A DNA stretch of 64,000 nt from Mobula hypostoma (lineage: Eukaryota), in contig NC_086097.1 of assembly GCF_963921235.1 (NCBI RefSeq), positions 190,032,001 to 190,096,000 of the forward strand, given 5' to 3'. The notes below the pieces were generated by a model. It was not told the origin of the DNA. It worked only from the letters and a program-made list of their open reading frames with translations, and made no database searches. Position numbers and translations under genes: made by a program. Position 1 is the stretch's first letter. The number at the start of each line of letters is the position of its first letter. This document shows, one piece after another, positions 35,711 through 48,400 of the stretch.

Positions 35711-36029
35711 GAAGTATGTATATTTAAGTATATACTTTTTAACTGCTACCCATCCTTTATATTTTGCAAGGTGTGGGAATTAGTGTGGAGATAGTTCAGA
35801 GAAAGATTTTACCTGGATATATCTGTCAGGATGGCAGCTATTGAGATCAAGCAATGTCAAGTTGAGAACCCTGATGATCCAAGCCAACCCTGGACCCTGA
35901 TTATCACCATTCATAAGCCCTTTACCCCTGGGAAGAAACACAGCATTTTGTCGGAGGTGTCCGTAATTAAAGTCACATGTGGAAATTCAGAATTCTGGTG
36001 CAAGCTCGAAGAAATGGTTGAAATTCACC

Positions 36030-36340
36030 AGATGCACGACCCCATTTACATCTGTGGTGCGCAAGTGGAACAGGTCAAAAGCTTTAAGTTCCTCGGGGTC
36101 AATATCACAAATGACCTGACTTGGTCCAACCAAGTAGAGTCCACTGCCAAAAAGGCCCACCAGCGCCTTTACTTCCTGAGAAAGCTAAAGAAATTTGGCC
36201 TGTCCCCTAAAACCCTCACTAATATTTATAGATGCACCGTAGAAATCAACCCTACAGAATACGGAAGGCACACACTCAGGGATTCAGGAACAGTTTCTTC
36301 CCCTCTGCCATCTGATTCCTAAATGGACATTGAATCTTTG
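36030..36340 (+). mobile_element. Rex1/Babar LINE fragment
   Basis: VEQVKSFKFLGVNITNDLTWS...KKAHQRLYFLRKLKKFG...YRCTVE. Confidence 0.85.
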
Positions 36341-36344
36341 GTTA

Positions 36345-36500
36345 GATAAAGATCTCCCCCTTTCCCTCCCACTTTCAAATCTCTTACTAGCTCTTCTTTC
36401 AGTTAGTCCTGACAAAGGGTCTCGGCCTGAAACGTCAACTGTACCTCTTCCTATAGATGCTGCCTGGCCTGCTGCGTTCACCAGCAACTTTTATGTGTAT
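36345..36500 (+). mobile_element. Short Penelope terminal fragment (second subfamily) with decayed hammerhead motif at 36405-36440
   Basis: AGTCCTGACAAAGGGTCTCGGCCTGAAACGTCAACT followed by GATGCTGCCTGGCCTGCTG. The core CTGACGA has become CTGACAA. Confidence 0.8.
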
Positions 36501-36519
36501 TGCCTGAGTTCAATGCTAC

Positions 36520-37040
36520 TGTCACTTCATATGTGATGAGACCTGGGCGATGGCAGAGAGTTCAGTAGTCTTATGGCCTGGAGAAAGGAGCTGTTTCCCA
36601 TCCAACAGTTCTTGTTCTAATGCTACAGTACCTCCTACCTGATGGTAGGGGTCAAAAAGGTTGTGGACAAATGGGTGGGATCATTGACAATGCTAAATGC
36701 CCTGCATACACAGCAGTCCGGTTAACTATTTCTGATGGGTGGAAGAGGGACCCCGATGATCCTTTCAGAATTACGCACAATCCTTTGTAAGAACCTACAG
36801 TTAGATTCCTTGTAATTCCCATACAAGATGGTAATATGGCTGGTCATGACTCTCTGGATGGTGCTCCTGTAAAAGTTGATTAGAATGGGTGGGGGGGGGG
36901 TGTGGGTAGCCTCACTGATCTGTGCCTCCTCAGGAAGTGGAGATACTGTTGTGTTATCTTGACCAAAGAGGTGGTGTTGAGGGAGCAGGTGAGATTGGCC
37001 ATTATGTGCACTCCCAGAAACTTAGTACTCCTAGCTCTCT
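36520..37040 (-). mobile_element. Degenerate Rex1-like LINE fragment
   Basis: Reverse complement resembles the Rex1 RT C-terminal region (KFLGV, QYLHFLR-like). Confidence 0.55.
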
Positions 37041-38879
37041 AGATGTTGTTCTATAGCTAAGAGGAAATGCTACATGTCACTGACATATATGATCATTTGT
37101 TAACCTTCCATCATGTTCCAGGACTTCTTTTATGCTTTCCATGAAAAACCAAAGGCATACTTTATTCTTCAATTCTTCAGAAATTGTTCAAATTTAAATT
37201 TATTCCTTCCACCATTATTTGTTATGACTTTTCCTGGAAGCCAGCTTATGTGGAAAAGAAATCTTCACTGTTTGGGGAGGTGTTTGCATCAATATGATTC
37301 CAAATACATTGTATAATTGTCAATTAACATAAATAACTTGTCCACAGTCATTTTACAGTTATCTATATGGATCTACTAGAAGTATCTTGTAGGGTACTTC
37401 TACACATGGAATAGTGCATTCGAGGACTATAGTTCACTATCCAGACATAGCATACTTCTGCTAGCTATGTGTTCTGCATGGAGCTTTTCCATAAACTTGC
37501 TTTGCCTTTCTTTCAGTACTGGTACCTTGTGCTGTCATTTGTGAATGCAGAATTCATTCCATCTGCAATGCAATAGCATTATTGTTTAATTCAGACCTGT
37601 GACTGAATCAGCCCACTATTCAAATTGTATTCACTCATTTGCCCTAAAGTCAGGGCTTTTTGTGCAGCTCCATGCATTTTGCAGTTATGACCAAGTAGCT
37701 GTCTTCTGTTGTTCATCGTGATTCCTTCATACGGTAGTCTCAACAAAGCATTTTCTGCAGTATTTGGTTTAGATTCTCTGTACTCAGTCATATCTGTACT
37801 GAAATAATAAACTGACTGACCACTGCAATCTGGAAGTCACATTCACAGGAAATACAGAACTTAACCCCAGAAAGGCCAACCAGGTTCAAAAACCAGTCTG
37901 AATGTTGTTCACAGAAAGAATGGTAAGGTACTATCGTTCGAAGTATAATCTCCTCTTGTACCTAAATGCATGTACGTATTTTCACTTATGGTTTGTCTCC
38001 TTGAGTCAAATGCAATAGCAACTGTTCACAACATGATTAATCACTGTATCTATTTCATTGTAAGAAGCATTGTAGGTACATTTAAGCACATGGTTGGTTG
38101 CAGTTGAAGGAAAGGTTGAGGCCAAAACTTGAAACTCAAAAATGTCGCTGAGCAACAACTTACTTCTGAATTTCTCTTGCAAATATCACATATCTTTCAA
38201 TAATCCTTTTCATCCCACCATGTTTGATCTTACTGGTTGAAGAAGTACTGTCAACGCTGTGGTAAGGTCAGATAGGAAAGTAATGTCTGAACATCCCTAA
38301 AGATGACAGGAGCTCAGTAACTACAACCTGTTTTCATCTATTTGCAGAAAAATAAATTTCTTCTGAACGAAGGTGCATTTGTTTTTTTGTTCAGCTTAAC
38401 ATTATTTTATCTTACAAATACTCTCAGCATTTTCCAAACATGATCTACTCCTGGTTGCACAATGCTAGACTGCTACAGCATCTTACTTGAAGTCACATGG
38501 AATCTGGGTGATTATTTTACTCTAAACAGCGGTTTATAAAATGAGCATAAAGTCTAGTGGGTATTAACTGTGAAACAGACCTATTTTTCTCCAGCTATTC
38601 ATTGTTAGATAGGCACATAAGACAAATCTAATTTAGAAAGGATCAACAGTTTTAACAATTGGACATAGATAGTAAATCTTAAGATGGGGCAGTGAGTACA
38701 ATATGATAGATTTCCAGACTCAGTTTGAAGCTATCTTCAAATTGAACATGGGCAATTATAATGGTAAGGAGGTGGAGCTTTCTGAGGTGGACTGAAAATA
38801 TAAGCTATGAGACAGGTCAGTAGAAGAACAATAGCAGATGATCAAACATTTGGTCCATTACACTCAGAAGGAATTTATT

Positions 38880-39365
38880 GTAAATGCCTCAACGACTATG
38901 ATCCAATACCATTTATTTCCACAGTGATGAAGTGTTTTGAGAGCTTGGCGATGAATCATATCAACTCCTGCCCAATGAGTGACTTAGATCCACAGCAGAT
39001 GCCATTTCATTGGCTTTCCACTCAACCCTGGAACTTATGACTGTGTGGCTAAGCATGGCTCCAATGCCATATTCAAGTTTGATGATGACATCACTGTTGT
39101 AGGCCAAATCAGCTTATTGGAGCGAGATTGGAAATTTAGCTGAGTAGTGTCTCAACAACCTCTTACTTAATGTTAGCAAGACCAAAGAACTGATTATTGA
39201 CTTCAGGAGGAGGAAACTGAGGGTCAATGAGTCAGTCTTTATTGGGGGAAACAGAGGAGGAGAGGGTCAGCAACTTTAAATTCCTCAGTGTTAGCATTTC
39301 AGAGGATCCATCTTTGGCTCAGCACACAAGTCTTATTATGAAGAAAGCACTACTTCACCTCTACT
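38880..39365 (+). mobile_element. Degenerate Rex1/Babar LINE, interrupted by CR1 at about 39366
   Basis: STVMKCFESL, FKFDDD, SKTKELIIDFRR motifs. Confidence 0.75.
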
Positions 39366-42300
39366 TAGAAACATAGAAACATAGAAAATAGGTGCAGGAG
39401 TAGGCCATTCGGCCCTTCGAGCCTGCACCGCCATTTATTATGATCATGGCTGATCATCCAACTCAGAACCCCGCCCCAGCCTTCCCTCCATACCCCCTGA
39501 TCCCCATAGCCACAAGGGCCATATCTAACTCCCTCTTAAATATAGCCAATGAACTGGCCTCAACTGTTTCCTGTGGCAGAGAATTCCACAGATTCACCAC
39601 TCTCTGTGTGAAGAAGTTTTTCCTAATCTCGGTCCTAAAAGGCTTCCCCTTTATCCTCAAACTGTGACCCCTTGTTCTGGACTTCCCCAACATCGGGAAC
39701 AATCTTCCTGCATCTAGCCTGTCCAATCCCTTTAGGATTTTATACGTTTCAATCAGATCCCCTCTCGATCTTCTAAATTCCAACGAGTACAAGCCCAGTT
39801 CATCCAGTCTTTCTTCATATGAAAGTCCTGCCATCCCAGGAATCAATCTGGTGAACCTTCTTTGTACTCCCTCTATGGCAAGGATGTCTTTCCTCAGATT
39901 AGGGGACCAAAACTGCACACAATACTCCAGGTGTGGTCTCACCAAGGCCTTGTACAACTGCAGTAGTACCTCCCTGCTCATGTACTCAAATCCTCTCGCT
40001 ATAAATGCTAGCTTACCATTCGCCTTTTTCACCGCCTACTGTACCTGCATGCCCACTTTCAATGACTGGTGTATAATGACACCCAGGTCTCGTTGCACCT
40101 CCCCTTTTCCTAATCGGCCACCATTCAGATAATAATCTGTTTTCCTATTTTTGCCACCAAAGTGGATAACTTCACATTTATCCACATTAAGTTGCATCTG
40201 CCATGAATTTGCCCACTCACCCAACCTATCCAAGTCACTCTGCATCCTCTTAGCATCCTCCTCACAGCTAACACTGCCACCCAGCTTCATGTCATCCGCA
40301 AACTTGGAGATGCTGCATGTAATTCCCTCATCCAAGTCATTAATATATATTGTAAACAACTGGGGTCCCAGCACTGAGCCTTGCGGTACCCCATTAGTTA
40401 CCCCCTGCCATTCTGAAAAGGTCCCGTTTATTCCCACTCTTTGCTTCCTGTCTGCTAACCAATTCTCCATCCACATCAATACCTTACCCCCAATACTGTG
40501 TGCTTTAAGTTTGCACACTAATCTCCTGTGTGGGACCTTGTCAAAAGCCTTTTGAAAATCCAAATATACCACATCCACTGGTTCTCCCCTATCCACTCTA
40601 CTAGTTACATCCTCAAAAAATTCTATGAGATTCGTCAGACATGATTTTCCTTTCACAAATCCATGCTGACTTTGTCCGATGATTTCACTGCTTTCCAAAT
40701 GTGCTGTTATCACATCTTTGATAACTGACTCCAGCAGTTTCCCCACCACCGACGTTAGGCTAACCGGTCTATAATTCCCCGGTTTCTCTCTCCCTCCTTT
40801 TTTAAAAAGTGGGGTTACATTAGCCGCCCTCCAATCCTCAGCAACTAGTCCAGAATCTAACGAGTTTTGAAAAATTATCACTAATGCATCCACTATTTCT
40901 TGGGCTACTTCCTTAAGCACTCTAGGATGCAGACCATCTGGCCCTGGGGATTTATCTGCCTTCAATCCCTTCAATTTACCTAACACCACTTCCCTACTAA
41001 TATGTATTTCGCTCAGTTCCTCCATCTCACTGGACACTCTGTCCCCTACTATTTCTGGAATATTATTTATGTCCTCCTTAGTGAAGACAGAACCAAAGTA
41101 ATTATTCAATTGGTCTGCCATGTCCTTGCTCCCCATAATCAATTCACCTGTTTCTGTCTGTAGGGGATCTACATTTGTCTTTACCAGTCTTTTCCTTTTT
41201 ACATATCTATAAAAGCTTTTACAGTCCGTTTTTATGTTCCCTGCCAGTTTTCTCTCATAATCCTTTTTCCCCTTCCTAATTAAGCCCTTTGTCCTCCTCT
41301 GCTGAACTCTGAATTTCTCCCAGCCCTCAGGTGAGCCACTTTCTCTGGCTAATTTGTATGCTTCTTCTTTGGAATTGATACTATCCCTAAGTTCTCTTGT
41401 CAGCCACGGGTGCACTACCTTCCTTGATCTATTCTTTTGCCAAACTGGGATGAACAATTGTTGTAGTTCATCCATGCAACCTTTAAATGCTTGCCATTGC
41501 ATATCCACCGTCAATCCTTTAAGTGTCATTTGCCAGTCTATCTTAGCTAATTCACGTCTCATACCTTCAAAGTTACCCCTCTTTAAGTTCAGAACCTTTG
41601 TTTCTGAATTAACTATGTCACTCTCCATCTTAATGAAGAATTCCACCATATTATGGTCACTCTTACCCAAGGGGCCTCTCACGACAAGATTGCTAATTAA
41701 CCCTTCTCATTGCTCAAAACCCAGTCCAGAATAGCTTGCTCTCTAGTTGGTTCCTCGACATGTTGGTTCAAAAAACCATCCCGCATACATTCCAAGAAAT
41801 CCTCTTCCTCAGCACCTTTACCAATTTGGTTCACTCAATCTACATGTGGATTGAAGTCACCCATTATAACTGCTGTTCCTTTATTGCACACATTTCTAAT
41901 TTCCTGTTTAATACCATCTCCGACCTCACTACTACTGTTAGGTGGCCTGTACACAACTTCCACCAGCGTCTTCTGCCCCTTAGTGTTACGCAGCTCTACC
42001 CATATCGATTCCACATCTTCCCGGCTTATGTCCTTCCTTTCTATTGCGTTAATCTCTTCTTTAACCAGCAACGCCACCCCACCTCCCCTTCCTTCATGTC
42101 TATCCCTCCTGAATATTGAATATCCCTGAATGTTGAGCTCCCATCCTTGGTCACCCTGGAGCCATGTCTCTGTGATCCCAACTATATCATAATCATTAAT
42201 AACAATCTGCACTTTCAATTCATCCACCTTATTACGAATGCTCCTTGCATTGACACACAAAGCCTTCAGGCGCTCTTTTACAACTCTCTTAGCCCTTATA

Positions 42301-42898
42301 CAAATATGTTGAAAAGTGGCCCTTTTTAATGCTTGCCCTGGATTTGTCGGCCTGCCACTTTTACCTTTCTCCTTAGTACTTTTTGCTTCTACCCTCACTT
42401 TACACCCCTCTGTCTCTCTGCACTGGTTCCCATCCCCCTGTTGTGAACTAACCTCCTCTCGCCTAGCCTCTTTAATTTGATTCCCACCCCCCAACCATTC
42501 TAGTTTAAAGTCACCTCAGTAGCCCTCGCTAATCTCCCTGCCAGGATATTGGTTCCCCTCGGATTCAAGTGTAACCCGTCCTTTTTGTACAGGTCACGCC
42601 TGCGCCAAAAGAGGTCCCAAAGATCCAAAAACTTGAATCACTGCCCCCTGCTCCAATCCCTCAGCCACGCATTTATCCTCCACCTCATCGCATTCCTACT
42701 CTCACTGTCGCGTGGCACAGGCATTAATCCCGAGATTACTACCTTTGCGGTCCTTTTTCTCAACTCCCTTCCTAGCTCCCTATATTCTCCTTTCAGGACC
42801 TCATCCCTTTTCCTACCTATGTCATTGGTACCTATATGTACCACGACCTCTGGCTCCTCATCCTCCCACTTCAGGATATCTTGGACACGATCAGAAAT
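39366..42898 (-). mobile_element. Well-preserved CR1 LINE: ORF1 C-terminus (SGNH esterase-like) plus ORF2 (APE and RT) over its whole length
   Basis: VVVHIGTND (ORF1); [57 protein letters not shown]. One in-frame TAG near 40035 and a frameshift near 41700. (AGAAACAT)n tail. Confidence 0.96.
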
Positions 42899-43094
42899 AT
42901 ACTTGCAAAGATTCATTAGCTTCTGCTCATAAATGTGAGCCAGCCTTCAGTTCTTAAAATGTAAATGGTATGCAGTAATCAGCTTGAAGTTGAAAAGACA
43001 AACACAGATTTGCAAACAAGCACTATTTATAGCACAGGTTGCTGGCCATAGAACCTGTTTACTGCTGAAGATATGCCGTATAAGACAATGTGTA

Positions 43095-43590
43095 TGTCAG
43101 TACCTCCAGTTGAACTCTGACTTTTTGTGTGCTCCCCCTAGCTGTCTGTGGTTTTGTATTGCCATGTGCTCCTGTCCCCATTCCTGCTCTACTCCGGCCC
43201 CTGTATTACTGCATACTCCGTCTCCCATCTGTTTCTCATTATTACCTGTATTGCTGCCACCTGTGTCTCATTGTGCTCCACCTATCATCTGCCTCTCTGT
43301 TTATTGCTCAGTGTATTTCAGTCCTCAGTCCTGTGCTTTCAGCTGTTTGTTGCCAGATTGTGCCAGTGAATTTTCCTGAGCCTTTCCAGTATTTGTATCT
43401 GTACTGTGTCTGTCTGATTATCCACTCTGCCTGTTTCCCGATTCTGGCTTTTGGATTTCTCTGGATGTTTTGATCTCTGCCTGAACTTTGATGCTAACTT
43501 TGTTTGCACCCTGGGATTTGTTACTCAATTAATATCACCGAGTGCACAGGACTGGGTCTGTGATTTGATCCCTGCTCCAGTGTCCTGAAA
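43095..43590 (+). mobile_element. Solo LTR (Gypsy-type), 496 bp
   Basis: Starts TGTCAG and ends CTGAAA (one change from CTGACA); perfect 5-bp TSD GTGTA at 43090-43094 and 43591-43595; pyrimidine-rich interior. Strand is inferred from composition. Confidence 0.8.
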
Positions 43591-44389
43591 GTGTAATTTA
43601 ATTTGGCTTGTTTGAAAACAGACAAGGCTGGCTGAGTTGCTTAGTTCAAGGAAGTTTGCAGACCAGATGGAGACAATTACATGGCACATCAACATCTGAC
43701 TAATTAATAAGTTAGAAGGTTTATATATTCAGGGAAGTTAGTTTCACAGAAGTAATTGTGGGTACCTGGGATCTGTGCCTGAAAGAAACTTTTAGTTCAA
43801 TTGTGTTAAAAGGAATCTGAAAGAATATTACGTGTGTGAAGTCACCTACATATCAAAGAAACAGTATAAATGAAGAGAACAGTTCAGGCTTATTGGGACT
43901 GGGATAAAGACCATCAACAAGCTTGAAAGATATATAGGGGTGAACTAGAGTCCATTCCTCTGCCTTTGATTTCTGTATTGGATGTCAAGTACATCTGCAT
44001 TGATGATATGTCTTTTTAGCTTACAGAAATTGCACCTGTGCTTTGGAAATCCTTATGTGTTTTAGAAATTGTTTGTAATTTAGAAGTCTTATGCTAAAAA
44101 TCCTGAGTTTTGTATTTTAGGGATGTTGTTTGGATTTAAACATATGTCACTGAAAGTAAACAACTGTGTTTTAAAGTACTTTGTTAGCTGGGAATAGCTT
44201 CTCCTTGGTGGTGAGGGGAGGGAGGAAGAACCACCACTTGAATAGTGGGTATTGCAGCTAAACTCGCCATGGAATAAACAGAAAAGTGAACTAGTCATTG
44301 AAAGTTGGGTAGTTACACTATAACCTCCCTTTAGTGAAGGTGCTTGCAAGTATTAATATCCAATAGGGCTCAAGAACTTCATTTGGATG

Positions 44390-45212
44390 CATCAGCAAGG
44401 GAGATGAGGCTGAGTACAGGGCTACAATAGTAAACTTTGTCACATGGTGTGAGCAGAATTATCTGCAGCTTAATGTGAAAAAGACTAAGGAGCTGGTGGT
44501 AGACCTAAGGAGAGCTAAGGTACCGGCGACCCCTGTTTCCATCCTGGGGGTCAGTGTGGACATGGTGGAGGATTACAAATACCTGGGGATACGAATTGAC
44601 AATAAACTGAACTGGTCAAAGAACACTGAGGCTGTCTACGAGAAGGGTCAGAGCTGTCTCTATTTCCTGAGGAGACTGAGGTCCTTTAACATCTGCCGGT
44701 CGATGCTGAGGATGTTCTACAAGTCTGTGGTGGCCAGTGCTATCATGTTTGCTGTTGTGTGCTGGGGTAGCAGGCTGAAGGTAGCAGACACCAACAGAAT
44801 CAACAAACTCATTCGTAAGGCCAGTGATGTTGTGGGGATGGAACTGGACTCTCTCATGGTGCTGTCTGAAAAGAGGATGCTGTCTAAGTTGCATGCCATC
44901 TTGGACAATGTCTCCCATCCACTACATAATGTACTGGGTGGGCACAGGAGTACATTCAGCCAGAGACTCACTCCACCGAGATGCAGCACAGAGCGTCATA
45001 GGAAGTCATTCCCGCCTGTGGCCATGAAACTTTACAACTCCTCCCTTGGAGGGTCAGACACCCTGAGCCACCCTGGACTTATTTCCTGGCATAATTTACA
45101 TATTACTATTTAACTATTTATGGTTTTATTACTATTTAATTATTTATGGTGCAACAGTAACTGAAAACCAATTTCCCCTGGGATCAATAAAGTATGACTA
45201 AGACTATGACTA
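44390..45212 (+). mobile_element. Rex1 LINE 3' end, well preserved
   Basis: ORF 44475-45113: KTKELVVDLRR, YKYLG, KGQSCLYFLRRLRSFN, VVCWGS, ILDNVSHPLH. Followed by AATAAA and a (TATGAC)-like tail. Confidence 0.92.
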
Positions 45213-45429
45213 TTTGAGTTTAGAAATTTGTGGTCTGCAAACTCAATACCATTACAAAGAAAGAAAGATAACAATGATGTGAAATTGAAAAACCAGACAT
45301 ACAAAGTGGCCTACCACCAGCCCTTGGGAAGAGAGTGTCAGCATATGTAAGCCATAATAATATTGAATGAGGTGCAGATTTGAAAGGTCTGATGGTCTAC
45401 TCTTTCTCTTGCTGTCTTATATTAGATGT

Positions 45430-48400
45430 AAGACATAAGATGTATGAGCAGAATGAAGCCACTCTGCCCATCGAGTCTGCTCCACCATTCCATCATAGTT
45501 GATTGATTATCCCGCTCAAACTGATTCTTCTGCCTTTTCCCCATAACATTTAACATCCTTACTAATCAAGAACCTATAAATCCATACTCTAAATATTCCT
45601 AATGACTTGACCTCCATAGCCATCCATGGTATTGAATTCCACAGATTCACTACCCTAGCTAAAGAAATTCTTCCTCACCTCTGTTCTAAATGGACATCCC
45701 TCTAATCTGCTCCTAAACTCACTCACAATGCAAAGCATCCTCTTTATATTCACTCTATCTTGGCCCTTCTATATTTGATAGCTTTCTCTCCTCATTATGT
45801 AAGTACTGGCCCAGAGCCATTAAATACATTAACCCTTTCATTACCAGAATCATTCTCGTGAACTCCTCTAGACCCTCTCCAATGCCAGTTTTTGTTTAGA
45901 TAAGTGGCCCAAAACTGCTCACAATATTTCAAATGTGGTCTGACCATTGCATTGTAAAGCCATATTATATTCATGGTCTTGTATTCGAGTCCTCTTGCCA
46001 TGAACTATGTGCTAACATTGCAATTCCCTCCCTTAACACCAACTCAACCTACAAATTAACCTTTAGAGAATCATGCACAAGGACCCCCAAGTCCATTTGC
46101 ACATCTGATTTTTGATCTTTCCTCCCATTTAAAAAATAGTCTATCTACCAAGGTGCATGAATATATAATTCCTTACACTATATTCCATCTGACACTCCAT
46201 TGTCCATTCTCCCAACCTCCTGAAGTCCTTCTGCAGAACCTTGCTTCCTCAACACTCCCTCCACCTATCTTCATACCACAAATATACTTGGCCACAAAGT
46301 CATATATTCCATTATACAAATCATTGACATATAATGTGAAAAGAAATGGTCCCAACACTGATTCCTGTGGAACACCACTGGTTGCCTGCAGCCAACCAGA
46401 AGATGCCCAATTTTCCCCACATTTCGCCTCCTGCCAGTCAGCCAATCTTCTATCCACGCTAGTATCTTTCATGTATTACCATAGGCTTTTATCTTGTGCA
46501 GCAGCTTGTCAAAGACCTTTTGAAAATCGAAGGACACAACTTCAAACAATTCTCCTGTGTCTATCCCGCTTGTTATTTCTTCAAAGAATTCCAACAGATT
46601 TGTTAGGCATGATTTTCCCTTAAGGAAACCTCATCCTAAATAATTGACACCAACATTTTCCTGACACAGATCATAAGACCATAAAACCATAAGACAAAGG
46701 AGCAGAAGTCGGCCATTCAGCCCATCGAGCCTGCTCTGCCATTTTATCATGAGCTGATCCATACTCCTATTTAGTCCCACTCCCCCGCCTTCTCATCATA
46801 ACCTTTGATGCCCTGGCTACTCAGATACCTATCAATCTCTGCCTTAAATACACCCAGTGACTTGGCCTCCACTGCTGCCCGTGGTAACAAATTCCATAGA
46901 TTCACCACCCTCTGACTAAAAAAATGTCTTTGCATTTCTGTTCTGAATGGGCGCCCTTCAATCCTTAAGTCATGCCCTCTCGTACTAGACTCCCCCATCA
47001 TGGGAAACAACTTTGCCACATCCACTCTGTCCATGCCTTTTAACATTTGAAATGTTTCTATGAGGTCTCCCCTCATTCTTCTAAACTCCAAGGAATACAG
47101 TCCAAGAGCGGACAAACGTTCCTCATATGTTAACCTTCTCATTCCCGGAATCATTCTAGTGAATCTTCTCTGTATCCTCTCCAACGTCAGCACATCCTTT
47201 CTTAAATAAGGAGACCAAAACTGCCCACAGTATTCCAAGTGAGGTCTCATCAGTGCCTTATAGAGCCTCAACATCACATCCCTGCTCCTATACTCTATTC
47301 CTCTACAAATGAATGCCAACATTGCATTCGCCTTCTTCACTACTGATTCAACCTGGAGGTTTATTTTAAGGGTCTCCTGTACAAGGACTCCCAAGTCCCG
47401 TTGCATCTCAGAACTTTGAATTTTATCCCTATTTAAATAATAGTCTGCCCATTTATTTTTTCTGCCAAAGTGCATAACCATACACTTTCCAACATTGTAC
47501 TTCATTTGCCACTTCTCTGCCCATTCTTCCAATCTATCCAAGTCTCTCTGCAGACTCTCCGTTTCCTCAGCACTACCGGCCCCTCCACCTATCTTCGTAT
47601 CGTCAGCAAACTTAGCCACAAAGACATCTATTCCATAATCCAAATCGTTGATGTACAATGTAAAAAGAAGCGGTCCCAACATGGACCCCTGTGGAACACC
47701 ACTGGTAACCGGCAGCCAACCAGAATGGGATCCCTTTATTCCCACTCTCTGTTTCCTGCCAATCAGCAACGCTCTATCCACGTATGTAACTTTCCCGTAA
47801 TTCCATGGGCTCTTATCTTGTTAAGTAGCCTCATGTGTGGCACCTTGTCAAAGGCCTTCTGAAAATCCAAATATACAACATCCACTGCATCTCCCTTGTC
47901 TAGCTTACTGATAATTTCCTCAAAAAATTGTAATAGGTTTGTCAGGCAGGATTTTCCTTTAAGGAATCCATGCTGAGTTCTGCTTATCTTGTCATATGCC
48001 TCCAGGTACTCTGTAACCTCATCCTTGACAATCGACTCCAACAACTTCCCAACCACCGATGTCAAGCTAACAGGTCTATAATTTCCTTTTTGCTTCCTTG
48101 CCCCCTTCTTAAACAGCGGAGTGATATTTGCAATCTTCCAGTCTTCTGGAACCATGCCAGAATCTATCGACTTTTGAAAGATCATCGCTAATGCTTCCGC
48201 AATCTCCACAGCTACTTCCTTCAGAACACGAGGGTGCATTCCATCTGGTCCAGGAGATTTATCTACCTTTAGCCTATTCAGCTTCCTGAGTACTTTCTCT
48301 GTCGTAATTGTGACTGCGCACACTTCTCTTCCCTGCCACCCTTGAGTGTCTGGTATACTGCTGATGTCTTCCTCAGTGAAGACTGATGCAAAATACTCAT

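Noticed and set aside
35831..36322. 163-aa ORF as a novel protein
   Set aside because: Chance fusion of unrelated upstream sequence with a Rex1 RT fragment.
36887..36906. G-quadruplex-like G run
   Set aside because: Homopolymer expansion inside a decayed LINE; no evidence of function.
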